From NCBI GenBank assembly GCA_030141605.1, contig JAQGDQ010000030.1, forward strand, positions 541,171 through 605,170: a stretch of 64,000 nt of DNA, given 5' to 3'. Below the pieces are notes generated by a model. That model ran no database searches and was not told the DNA's origin. It saw nothing but the letters and a program-made list of their open reading frames with translations. Source of the stretch: Tubiluchus corallicola. Lineage: Eukaryota; Animalia; Priapulida. Below, piece by piece: positions 27,935 to 38,700 of the stretch (the first letter of the stretch is position 1; each line of letters begins with the position of its first letter). The translations under genes and the position numbers were made by a program.

Positions 27935-28390
27935 TAAACTTATTTGCACAAATGTACAATTTAATTGCTTTTTGTGTGATACTAGTTATGTCCATGTGGG
28001 CAAGTACAACACACTCCTCAGGTGAGTCAGCTCATTTTATTCAAATGAAGTAGATAATGCAAACAGAATGTGTTTCATAGAAATGGCTGATGCAAAATAT
28101 GTACTTAATATCATGCTCACATATGGTGCTGTCAACTGTATATATAAGTATATGTTGAAAGATATCTTAAATGATGATACTGGTATTGCTGGTATTGTTG
28201 TATCTCTGACTTTGATGTAACAGTATTTTTTTGTTTACAGGAGTCTAAAAAACTAGTCAGATACAGAAACAATCAAGTTGTGAGTACGAAAGGAGAACGC
28301 TTCACGGAGATTAAGCGTCGTACTGAGGGCGAGGAGTTGAAAAAAACTTATGTGAATTTGAAACCAGCCAGACAGTATCGATTTCATTGA
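4808..28390 (+). CDS. CUEDC2: CUE domain-containing protein 2, complete, 8 coding exons, 309 aa
   Basis: Exons 4808-4899, 6540-6677, 9101-9171, 9356-9501, 9783-9974, 10768-10847, 12840-12900, 28241-28390; all GT-AG, phases consistent, total 930 nt. Motifs: [15 protein letters not shown]...[18 protein letters not shown]; CUE domain LLEMFP...[11 protein letters not shown]; C-terminus [19 protein letters not shown]...[14 protein letters not shown] as recalled for CUEDC2. Confidence 0.93.
4972..6421. mobile_element. Probable degenerate non-autonomous DNA element in CUEDC2 intron 1, with recurring GCCATYTTGAATTCAAGATGGC-like palindromes
   Basis: 10-bp inverted ends GGTCAAAGGA (4972-4981) and TCCTTTGACC (6412-6421); internal palindromic motifs near 5143, 5287 and 6347. 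No TSD seen. Confidence 0.35.
5654..6151. mobile_element. hAT-like MITE
   Basis: 16-bp TIRs CAGGAGTGTACAAATT / AATTTGCACACCCCTG, repeated subterminal GCGGCCC motifs, flanking direct repeat CCCTAAGAC (5645-5653 and 6152-6160). Confidence 0.85.
7191..7248. repeat. (AAT)n microsatellite, left of the Tigger-like element
   Basis: Directly visible. Confidence 0.95.
7249..8340 (+). mobile_element. Non-autonomous pogo/Tigger-like element inserted in an (AAT)n microsatellite
   Basis: About 25-bp imperfect TIRs CAGTAGGCGCTGCTTAGTAGACTCA / TGAGTCTACTAAGCTTTGTCTACTG, TA on both sides; remnant transposase C-terminus [11 protein letters not shown]; related copy at 18305-19185. Confidence 0.85.
8341..8433. 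repeat. (AAT)n microsatellite, right of the Tigger-like element
   Basis: Directly visible; explains the poly-Ile ORFs 8324-8515 and 8331-8522. Confidence 0.95.
10384..10455 (+). pseudogene. tRNA-derived SINE head or tRNA(Asn-like) pseudogene
   Basis: A-box TGGCTTAGTGG, degenerate B-box GTTTAAATCC, anticodon-loop-like TTGTTAA. Stems are imperfect, so not called a functional tRNA. Confidence 0.5.
12236..12311. mobile_element. Solo right end of a Tigger/pogo-like element
   Basis: CATCGTTAAGTGAGGACTAACTG followed by TA, with subterminal CGTTTAACGATG / CGCTTAA motifs; no left end seen. Confidence 0.45.
15094..15239 (-). CDS. Putative alternative terminal coding exon of the nested Kv1 gene, ending in a class I PDZ ligand (-ITAV*)
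   Basis: Acceptor TTTTCTTGCAG; phase-1 open frame (D)[47 protein letters not shown]; minus-strand AATAAA at 13904-13899. Confidence 0.6.
16826..19344 (-). CDS. KCNA: Shaker-family (Kv1/KCNA) voltage-gated potassium channel core, nested antisense in the last CUEDC2 intron
   Basis: Exon 19344-19207 (...[12 protein letters not shown]) splices in phase 2 to exon 18029-16826 ([17 protein letters not shown]...). T1 domain ([20 protein letters not shown]), S4 [18 protein letters not shown], filter [10 protein letters not shown]6 [18 protein letters not shown]. The start codon lies in upstream exons. Confidence 0.96.
18305..19185 (+). mobile_element. Second copy of the pogo/Tigger-like element, in a Kv1 intron
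   Basis: TIRs CAGTGGGCACCGTTTATTAGACTCAC / GTGAGTCTATTAAGCGGCACCTACTG, TA flanks; shares GGAAGCTAAACATTTAATCACTTGC and other blocks with 7249-8340; remnant [11 protein letters not shown]. Confidence 0.85.
21147..21396 (-). CDS. Internal N-terminal exon of the nested Kv1 (charged linker)
   Basis: Acceptor TTTTTATATTTCTCAG, donor CA|GTAAGT. Phase 1 in, phase 2 out, matching exon 19344. Encodes [46 protein letters not shown]...PFADDDQTQ. The stop in the ORF track lies inside the donor site. Confidence 0.75.
21880..21986 (-). CDS. Candidate alternative first coding exon of the nested Kv1
   Basis: AAAATG start, [35 protein letters not shown], donor AG|GTAAGG in phase 2; compatible with exon 19344 but not with exon 21396. 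Confidence 0.55.
27090..27500 (+). mobile_element. Decayed 3' fragment of a CR1/L2-type LINE ORF2
   Basis: QNYALRLI...[10 protein letters not shown]...FGNNS, then in shifted frames an LWNLLP segment and [10 protein letters not shown]; these are typical post-RT C-terminal motifs. Frameshifted. Confidence 0.65.
27885..27944. repeat. Perfect 60-bp palindrome centred on (AT)16
   Basis: AATAAGTTTAAATA-(AT)16-TATTTAAACTTATT. Confidence 0.9.
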
Positions 28391-30206
28391 CTCACTACTG
28401 CTGACCTAGATGTTTCACAGCATAATGAAAGTATGTGACGGTATCTGAGTAGTTTCAAGACATTTCATGAAAATTATTTTTTTGTTCAAGTTACTTTTTC
28501 AGGAGTTAAACATATATTATGTCTTACAGTACAGTGGTGTTGTCTGATACCCAATATTTAGCAAAGTTTCAATATTTCCCGATACATTTGCTTAAATATC
28601 AGCAAATTTTTTTCCCTCTTAAACTTTCGATAGTTATAGTGCTTGAAAGAAAGCGAGCCCTGTAGCACTTGCACCCATAATTTTGGAATGTAAGGGTTGG
28701 AAGTCAGAATGTTAATTATGTTCATTATTTCACTTTAATGAACGTTAATCTCAGTGCTAATTTCATATTTCGTTTAGTTAAGTTTAGTTTTCTTAAATTG
28801 TATCATCATTACCTGAATTTAGAGAAATAGATAAATTTAGGAATTTAGGAACACCAGTTTGAAAAAATAAGTCAACTTTCAAACAAAATTTGCACTCTTT
28901 TTTTATATAGCTCTTGTAGACAAATAGGCATGCAGAAAACATTACGTCCAGAAATTTTTTACAATATTGGATCATATCGAATCGATGCCCAAGATTAAAT
29001 ATCGATGTTGGATCGTGTAAGAAAAAAGCAATATCAAACAACCTTACTTTGCTGTCTCTCTTTACAGTATGCAGTAATTTTTACTAGTTAGCTTTTACGA
29101 GATAGGTATAGTTTCAATCAATTTTAACTACTTATTTTCCTGACCAAATGTGCCCAATGTTGTCACAATTCAACTTTCAGTTCAATTCAAATCATTTCAA
29201 TGTTACCCATAATTTATGTGTGTTTTCAGTTTACTTAGAGTGTCATTTTTACTTATATAGATGATACTGTGTATTACACATTACATCATTATTAAATTAG
29301 AGTATGTTTTATCTAATTTGCTTTCATTTGTTTTTGGTTCCGATGTGAAGCATTAGTTTTTTCTCTGTTATGATGCTATTAAATCTTATCAGAAAAAATT
29401 AAAAGCTTGAAAAATTGTATTTTGGACAAATAGTCAACAAGTTTTTCACAGCTGCAGATCTAATCAGTTTCAGTTATTGATTTATCAGATAGATATGTAA
29501 ACGACAAAAGCGGCAACATTGTTTATTCTGCAATGCTGTGCAGGTTATATTAAATTATCGATACTGGTAGAACTTTTTCATCTACAGAAACATTTTCTAG
29601 ACTCATCCATTATATTACTTTATTATTTTCTTGGCTTCTTGCCAAGTTAACTAGTTGTTAAGATATGTATACTCATTAATTTGCATTATTTTGTAAAAAT
29701 TGCATTTTAATGAATAGCAGCAGGTAGGCATCAGCTCAGTGGAAGAGTGACTATAATTGCTTGCAGAAATCTGATATAGTTCATTTATTGCTGTTGCTAC
29801 GTGGCCAATAAAATAATTGCAAATTTAATATTTTTTCAGAATATATTTTGCTTCTTAACTTCATGATCGCAAAAGTACTGAATGATGATGATAAAGGATG
29901 GTGGCCATTGTTCTCGAGACTTTTAACCACTCGGCTTGTACTATATAAACTGATAGTTATCTTGAATTGGATATATTTGGAGCAAGTTGGTTTTTTTAAG
30001 TTAATTGTGAAATACTCAAACATGTTAATGTTGCATTATGGATGCAAAGGTGTGGCTCATAAAAATTTCTAGATTTATCAGCCCGGTCTTTTTTCATAAA
30101 ATTTTTAGGTAAGTGTAGTGCATTCTCACTAATCAGTAGGAGTTCATTTTGGTTTTGAAGTTTGGGCAAAGTAATCTGTATTAGTGAGAGTGCACTGTAC
30201 TTATCG

Positions 30207-31390
30207 GGTGCTTGCACAAAAATCTCGAGGATTTTACTGTGTACAAGTGATTTTTTTGCAAGTTTTTCTTGCTGTTTGACCAATGTGGTAAAAAACAGAC
30301 ATTCTTATGTGTCATTGCTACTTTGCATTTGTGATGCAATGATGCATTATGAGAGTTGTGTCATGTTTGACTATTTTGAGCAGCTCGTTTATAGTTTTAA
30401 AATGTATGTGATCCCGTTAAGATTTATACTTTTCAGAATTGTTAGTCATGCCGACGTGCTTGCATCTGGTTTAGGTATAGAATTTAATTAAATAAATATG
30501 ACTCCAGAGTTTTTTGCAAATAAATTATACTAAACAAATAAGTATGCTAAACAAAAATTAGAATACTATTTACAAAAATAAATGTGTAAGTGATCAGTAC
30601 TTATGTATTTGATAATTACAGTGACTGCTTGCTAATATGGACATGTGTTTGAAAATTATTTTATTGCGGAACCAGGCTATCCGAATTATTGATGAACAGA
30701 TAAAGTAGACTGTGTGGATTAGTAAGAGTTTACTATATTGTTAAGGTGCTTGCACGAAAGACTCGAGGATTTTACACCATGTGGGTGGTTTTTTTCCGCA
30801 AAAGTTACTTCCAGCGGCTTGATAAATTAATTTTGGTAAATTTTAGTAAATTAGATACAGTCAACCCTCGTTAAACCGGACTAATTGGGGGGCCTGATTT
30901 AGTCCGGTTTAGCCGATTGTCCGATTTATCCGATATGCCTATATATGGTCTATATTATACAGGAATAATCACCTTAATAAGGCCTATATACATTGCACTA
31001 TATACTGTACTGTATATTACTTTAAAATAGTTAACCTGTGAGGATAAAGAAATTATTGTACAGTTGGTAGGCCGTGTTGTGTTTAGCGCTTGGGCTCGGA
31101 TGGAAATTGGTCAGTTTCCTTTACCACGGATGACGTCCGTCTTATCCGATATCCGGGCTAAGCGTGTCCGGTTTAACGAGGGTCGACTGTATTCTCATGT
31201 ATCATTAGCACTTGGCTTTTGTGAAGCAAAGATACTTTAAGAGAGTCTTGTCATGTCTGAATATTTTGAGGAGGTCATTAATAATTTTAATATGATTATG
31301 CAATGTGTAATATAATATATTGCACTTCTTGGCCTCGTTAGTTGTGCCAGTGGCTTCTATTTGCTTTAGGTAAAGAATTTAGTTTTAAAA
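30207..31390 (+). repeat. Diverged local duplication (about 30207-30490 and 30745-31390)
   Basis: Shared colinear blocks GGTGCTTGCAC..CTCGAGGATTTTAC, GAGAGT..TGTCATGT.TGA.TATTTTGAG and TTTAGGTA.AGAATTTA. Confidence 0.7.
30858..31189. mobile_element. Tc1/mariner-pogo-type MITE, 332 bp
   Basis: 24-bp TIRs CAGTCAACCCTCGTTAAACCGGAC / GTCCGGTTTAACGAGGGTCGACTG (1 mismatch), TA TSD. Confidence 0.92.
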
Positions 31391-33502
31391 ATATTTTGTA
31401 GAGTTTGTATATAAAAACTCATGTTTTAAAAATACTGTTACTCCTGCCCAGTAGATATAAATCATGTATGCTAAACAAAACAGTGTGGTTCCAATACAAA
31501 AATATGAGTGTATATCATCTATTGAGAATTTTCAAGCATGGCATTATCTTACTACGAAATTCCTGAATTCGAAAATAAATGATGTGTGTGCAATCCTTGA
31601 TCCTTCTGTAAGCTTAGCTAATATCTTCATATTTATGTGCAAACAATTCCAGATTCATTGTTGTTATGTAGAAATGCTGTAATAGAAATTACTATATTAG
31701 TCAGTCATTGTGCATTATAATCTTACTACGTGCTTGTGGTCAATATCAGCTTTTTATTTTTTTTACATGCACTTATAAAAATACATTCTACATATAAAAC
31801 AATAAAATTATAATAAAAGCACTCCAGAAAAGGAGTGGATGAAAGTAAAAACGTATATTTGCCTTCTCCTTTTAACTGTCAATTTTGTATTCACAAAACT
31901 ATATTTTTAACCAGTTGGTTACGAAAGACACATCAAAGCATTTGAAATACATTGTGATGCTGTTGTTGATTTACAATATTCAAAAGTTTTTATGTTTTAT
32001 CATGTATGTTTTGGCTACTTTGTGTTTTTTGTATGACATTTCAGCAAAGTTGTGCTTTCTTTAATTGCATTTTTACGGCACTTATATTGATAGTTTACAT
32101 TTTAGTAACATGTAGTGCTGAGCTGTGTTTACTGAAAAGAGTGTGGCAATTGTCTTTCCGCAATCTCACACAGGTTTACAGGAGCTATATTCTCAATGTG
32201 TGCATCGACTCATTCAAAAGCAACGTGTCTCCTTGCTGCTGTCAAAGCAAGATGCTGCTTGTGACAGAAATACTGGGATTGTTTTTGAACGTGTTGTATA
32301 GATTCTTTATTTAAAAAAAAATGAAAGGGTGAGAAGGCAGGAAAAGCTATTGATGGTTTCTTTGCTTGAAAGCATTAAAGTTTCCAGAAAAAATCAAAGT
32401 TAACTGAAAATGCTGCAATTTGTGAACACGAGTTGTATTACTGCATCATTGTAAATAGTAGAGAAATAGCAAAAAAATAGAATTTAGTGTATTTAATTTT
32501 TACTAGAACTGATAAAACAGTCATACAAAAGCAGTAGGCCCATGAATATACAATGATAATGATCTCAAGTTGTAACCGCTAGTGAATATGAAACGATATG
32601 ACGACCCTACGCCGTGATTATGATTGCCAACCTCTGATCAGAATAGATAGCTCTGCTGTAGTGTGCTAGCTGTGCAGTTTATTCAGCAGTTTTTATTTTT
32701 GCAAAATGGTTTGAATCCAAAATAACTGTTATATTTGTAATCACTTGTATCAAATATAATAATATTGTCTGCATTGTGCATGTGTATAGTATTCATGCAT
32801 GTCTGAAACTAGGTGGGTTTTACACTTTTAACAACTCTTTTAAGAGCATTACTTTTAATTTTGTTTTTAAAAATAAAATCGATTTTGAGTCCTATAAATA
32901 TGGTAAGGACGTTAACTCAGGATTCCTAAAACAGGATAAATTAGAAAATAAGGTTATTTAATTTTCTCTGAACTTCACGTTTCAAGATTTTTTTATAGCT
33001 TCTGTGCATTTGTACAAACTCTGTTGACCCATTCAGAATCATGTCAGGTTTTGAGAGTCCTGCATTTAAGTTACGGCGCAATTGCTGTAAATAATGTAAT
33101 AGGGTTTATTCAGTTTAAGGAGGTTTATTGAGTGCATTTGAAATGGAAAGTACGCACAGTGTTCATTTGTACTATGTTTCAGATAAAGGGTAAATACTAC
33201 ATTTGGGTAAATCAGGTACAGAAAATAAATTTAGATGTAAAGTAAAATATAATGTAGTTGACAGTTTCACTTGATTTGTTGCAGTAGTTTCGTTATTAAC
33301 GTGTATCATTCCAAAGTAGCAGATGTGATTCTCATGGCAAGTGTAGCCATCTAAGATGAAGCATTTTTGTGTAGTTAGTAATAGTGTTCATTATAAATAT
33401 TACAAAACGTATACATATATTGGTATTGGTATTGTTTAGTATCATCTTCAATTGCGTCTAAGTGTAAATAAATACATAAATGTCGAAACAAACCATCATC
33501 TT

Positions 33503-33535
33503 GTATTGTATTGTATTGTATTGTATTGTATTGTA
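33503..33535. repeat. (TATTG)n microsatellite; (AAAAGT)n nearby at about 33737-33763
   Basis: Directly visible. Confidence 0.85.
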
Positions 33536-35743
33536 CTGAATTGTACGTAGTTAAAATTCAAATAAAATTTTCAAAGCTTCAAAAAGTTGATAGTTTTACG
33601 AAATGAGACTGAACTTCAAATTTTCAAATTAATAGTTGCGATCGTCGTAGATCACTTTGTTTTTACTGAAATTGCTTTACGAGCAGTCATTGTGTCAAAA
33701 TAATGGGACCAAAGCAATGAGGTCACTGAAAAGCTTAAAAGTAAAAGTAAAAGTAAAAGTAAATGAAACACTTTCATACCACAACCACACTAACCACTAC
33801 CATAAGCCATAAATTTCTCACTAAAAATAAGTAATGTTTACATCCTTTATTATAGTTATAATACTTAAAGCACGAGTATGCATTAAAAAGTACAAGTGCA
33901 AGCATAATCATGAAGCGCATGCGCAATATTCCGTGTAAATACAGTGAATTCTATTATAAAAAAACAATTAAAATCATTAGCATACCTAGACCAGTGCATA
34001 TAAAAATACTGAAACATTATAATAGACCATAAGCTTGAGCTTGCTCAGTTTTCACAAGGATTTAGTAAATACACAAGTTACAAATCAGGTGGAACGCAAC
34101 TAAGAATCATAGAAAAATAATATACAAATTGGAATGCATTTGCCTTACTATGAAGTATACACACAATATGCAGACGAACGATAAAAACAAATTTCATTAA
34201 AATTTCAATGATGAAATAACAATAATTTTTAAAAAATGATTAGCGTTAAATATCAACAACTAAGGAATGTACATGTGTCGGAAGTTGACAAAATAAAGGG
34301 TAGTCTTCAAACGATGTTTCTTGGAATGACACAAAACAGTTAAGTTTACAATTCCCACACCCAAGAAATTAGTTTGTAAAGTGGATTGGGATTTAGGCTG
34401 GGTTAGGAATAGTGTATTTAAATTGTGTGGGGAACTGTAAACTCTTTCCCACAAAACAATTATCAACATAACGAAATCATATGTACGTTAATACCATTAA
34501 TAATTTGCAAAGTCACAGTTTGAAGTCGCATTCAGATTGCAATTTAGAAAAGTAGATTTTTTTATTAACTTTATCTTGAATTGAGAATGCTGTTTTAGTT
34601 TACACTGTGCCAATTCCAAGTCTAACTGATAATGCACTAAAATGTGGACAAGAGCGAGAGAAGAGTGAAACGAGTTGCAAAACAGTAAAACAATCAGGGA
34701 TAATGAAAAAGTACAAAACAAATCTTGTCCTAAACCATCTAACTGCTAGATTTGTGGACTTTAAAAGTCAAACACAAACAATATAAATGGGGTAAAAACT
34801 GTCAGGCACTTAAAAAGCACTTTGCTATATATATATATATATATATATATAGCACAAATGGGTTATGAGGATGCAAAAGACAGGCAACACATATTTACAG
34901 CAATCCGAATGGTAATTAAGCGAACACAAACAGTCAAAAACAGTCAGTTTGATATTACAGATCATAGTCAAATTTTTCTGACAGTAAAAATTAAACGGGG
35001 CATGTTATACATACACATAATTACAATTATTAAATATGAAATGTAGTAAAATATGAATACACATACTGTGCCCTAGTTCTAAGAACAAGTGTTATAATCG
35101 TCAAGTCATTACCAGGAAGGTAAATTACATTATGTACATGTGCCCCATAGATAACATTGCTGAGACACTTTTCTTTCTTAATACCTTATAATTGATGGGA
35201 ATTATTCTTTGTGAATAAAAGGGACAAAATGTATGTGACAGGTAAACAACAGAATGGCACATACTTTTTTTGAAGTTTGTGTGAGAAAGAAATGACAGAA
35301 ATCCAAGCTTGTCTATTACTGATGATATTACTCTCTTGTCAAGCACAATTAAATCAGTAGAAGTTTTAGCAGCAGCATCACATATACTATTATAGCTTTC
35401 AAGTACAACTTGAAAGTACATTTTAAGAAAAAAAATGCAATGTTGCAAAGTAGATAAGATTAGAACAGCTAGCATTAATTTTCAGTTGCTTTGCATTTTG
35501 ATAGCCCAGCGAAAAACACACAAATTTCTACTATTAACCGCTAAGCAAAGTTCGTGCATATTAAAATGGTGTGAATTGAACAATTATGTAATTGTCAGAA
35601 CTCTTCCACAGACTCCATGTCATGTTTAAAAATTCTAAACAGCAAATCGCAATCTATTTTCAGCTGCCCAATTATTATTCAGCATTGTGCGGTAACCTGC
35701 CACAAACACAAATGAAGAGTAAAGCCGATAACCGCTATTACTG

Positions 35744-38700
35744 TCAACTTATACCATCAATATCTGGTACACTGTTTTGCATTTTTAAATAACGGACGGT
35801 TATCTGCACACTTCCTGCAAATTCGTCTTCCTTCTTTGTAATTGTGATGTCCCACGGTCGAATCATACCATCATGAGGAATGATTTCTGACAAATTCAGT
35901 GTCATTCCTGGCTTTTTAGGTTCGGTTACATCCGTAGGTCTAGCAAGATTTGGCACAGGTCCATCAGAAATGGCTTCAATCATGTTTTGCACAACAGAGC
36001 TATCCACATTGTTGCTATTGTTATAGTTGAGATTATTTGATGTTGGGGAAGTAAAGCTATTAGCATTAGATGACTGAACGGCCGGTGGAAGTTCCGCAGG
36101 TTTAAGCATCGGTGGACTTAGCAATCGCTCACGCAATGTTGGAGCATCGACCACCTGTTGAGTGGGTGATGATCCTGCACTTGATGGCGGAGAGAGGACA
36201 GACTCGGGTAAAATCTGATTATCTGTTAAGTTATTAAGTTGTTCTAAAACTTGCCTGGCTTGCACTACTTGATCATTGGATTCTGGATTTGCTATTAACC
36301 TTTCCACAACGCTCAGCAGCAGAAAACATTTCGCTTTCTTATCTAAATTTGAATTAGCGACTTTTTCCACTTCTTCCTGGAGACTATGGGAAGTTGTTTT
36401 AACAGTTTTTGCATTGCTTGCTTCGTCCGCAACTGTTCCTGTGGTCGAGTGCTTATTGGCTGGAGCAGCAGAAATAATTTCAGCTACTGCAGGTTGTCCT
36501 ATTCCTGCCATGGGCATAATAAGTTGAGGCTTATCTTCTTCTGTTGTTTTTTTATTTGCCCGATAAACAGTTTTTGGTGTTCGTTTGGGAGGTGGGTACA
36601 CCACTTCAGGATCTACAGCCAATCTTGTTATGTTGTGAACGACATAGCCAGGAGGCAGCCCTGGTTTGAGTTCAGTGCTTGGGTTAGTCGAGACTTCATT
36701 TACTTTGCGAAGAGACAGGTTATCTAGATGTTCACTAGATACCTCCTGTTCAGGTGTGCGTTGGTCTCTAGGCTCTTCAACAATCGACAGTGTTTCGGCA
36801 TCCATAGGCTCACACTTGATTTGAAGATCCATAGGCAATGAGTCAGTTTCACTGCTTACCTTAGATTCAATTTCGTTCCCATTTGCATCGGTTAGCTTTG
36901 GCGACGAAGGCGTTGGCACTTTCTGAGTTGGCTCGTCCAACGCTGAAAGATCTGGCATGTCCGATTCAGATGATGATTTATGAATGTCTTCTGAGGAATG
37001 CAACTCAATAGTATGTGGATCAGTCTGAAACAGAAATGGTCACTTTGAGCAAAACAAATTCATACAAATTCTGGGTCCAGATAACAAGCATCCTTTTCAT
37101 TAATTTGCTAGCGATAGATGGCATTCTTTTTCTATAGATGGTATAGAAAGTGAGGTTGTGGTTAACAGGGAAATAATTATATTATATTTTTCACTGTGAT
37201 GTATGTGAGATCACTGTCCTCCTGTTCAAAAGGCCTGCACATGTTAATTAGCTGGTCAATTAATATTATAATTTTTTATTTTATTTATTTTGCATAAAAT
37301 GCAGCTCAGATACAAAGTAAATAAAATGAATCACACTGAGGCAAAACAATAAAATAAGAGTATAAGAGAGGGAATAGCAAAATTTAAGCTTGATACACAA
37401 ACCTTTATTACACTGAAATTCAAACTTGGCATACAATCAGATTTTAGTCTCAGCTCATCATTACTATCAAGCATTAAATATAAAAATTTTGGGATATTGC
37501 TTAATTATTTACTACGATGACAAATCAGGTTAAGCTACAGTAAGAAGCCAGCCATGCACAGCAACGGTCGATGATTTTGGCAGGTAGTTCAGTTTTCCAC
37601 GCCAAGTGGAGTATTATTTGAAATGCTTCAACATTTAATGTAGAAGAACACATCCTCTTTTTGTATGAGCGGCTGTGGTTCAACGCTGAGTGAAGCTATT
37701 AGCCTTTTTTTACTGCTTTTAGTTCTTTAGTGCAGGGAATTTGTCACTGGTTTAGTTACTAACATGGGCACATGCAGAGAAGGTTAGAAACAAAGCGGCT
37801 CTATGAACGCTGTTAAAAATTTGTTGCCATGTATCTAGGAATTTCAAATGTAGAATTGTAAAAAAAAACAATTAAATGAAATCTAACTTTTGAGCAGTAT
37901 TAGAGTTTTTTAACAGGTGAAAAAAATCTTATCAAATTTTTATGATGCTGTAAGACTTTTGCGAATTGGAAAATGCACTTAGAACTATAAGGCATAAATC
38001 ATTTAAAACATAAATCAAGCCCATAAATCAAACCCAGCCTAATGAACACAAGACTGGATCCGACAGTTCTTGTCCTATTATCCCAAGTATGAATCACAAC
38101 TATACCATCGAACAGTTTTGCTTCTGCATTTGGACCTTTTGTTGTATGCTGAGCACACATGAGCCAATACTGACTTTGTACCAATGCTGCCTGGTTTTCA
38201 TGGTCGAAAAATTGATGTATATTTTCATCTCTAGTCCGACAGGATATGTAAAGACTTGAAAAAATTGACAGATAACTTTTGAGCATTAAAACTTGAGGCC
38301 TCTTGGTCAATGCTCCTGCAGGAGTACCAAACAATGGAAATTTGTTTCATTACCATAACAAAGAATATGGCTGTGTATGGTTTTCAAAAACAAAGTTTTG
38401 TTATTCGATGAGAAACTAGTAAATGCAAAAACAATTTAGAACACTTTTAATGGCATTGTAAGAAGAATTCATTAACACAACCATTACGGATACTTGAAAA
38501 CTGTAAATGGATTTCTCTGCCTGAAATACATAAATATAGTGTATCAGTTGCCATGTGCTCCTAAAACAATATTAACTTATTAACAATTTGATTTTGGATG
38601 CCATTTGAATTTTTGGTCAAGATTTTTACTCTGTTTTCATCGTAGGTCCATATCTGAAATTTATTGCAAAGCAACAAGTACATTTTTGTCAAGTTCCAAT

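Noticed and set aside
32597-32640. C/D box snoRNA (ATGACGA...CTGA)
   Set aside because: Only about 42 nt, imperfect C box, no real terminal stem.
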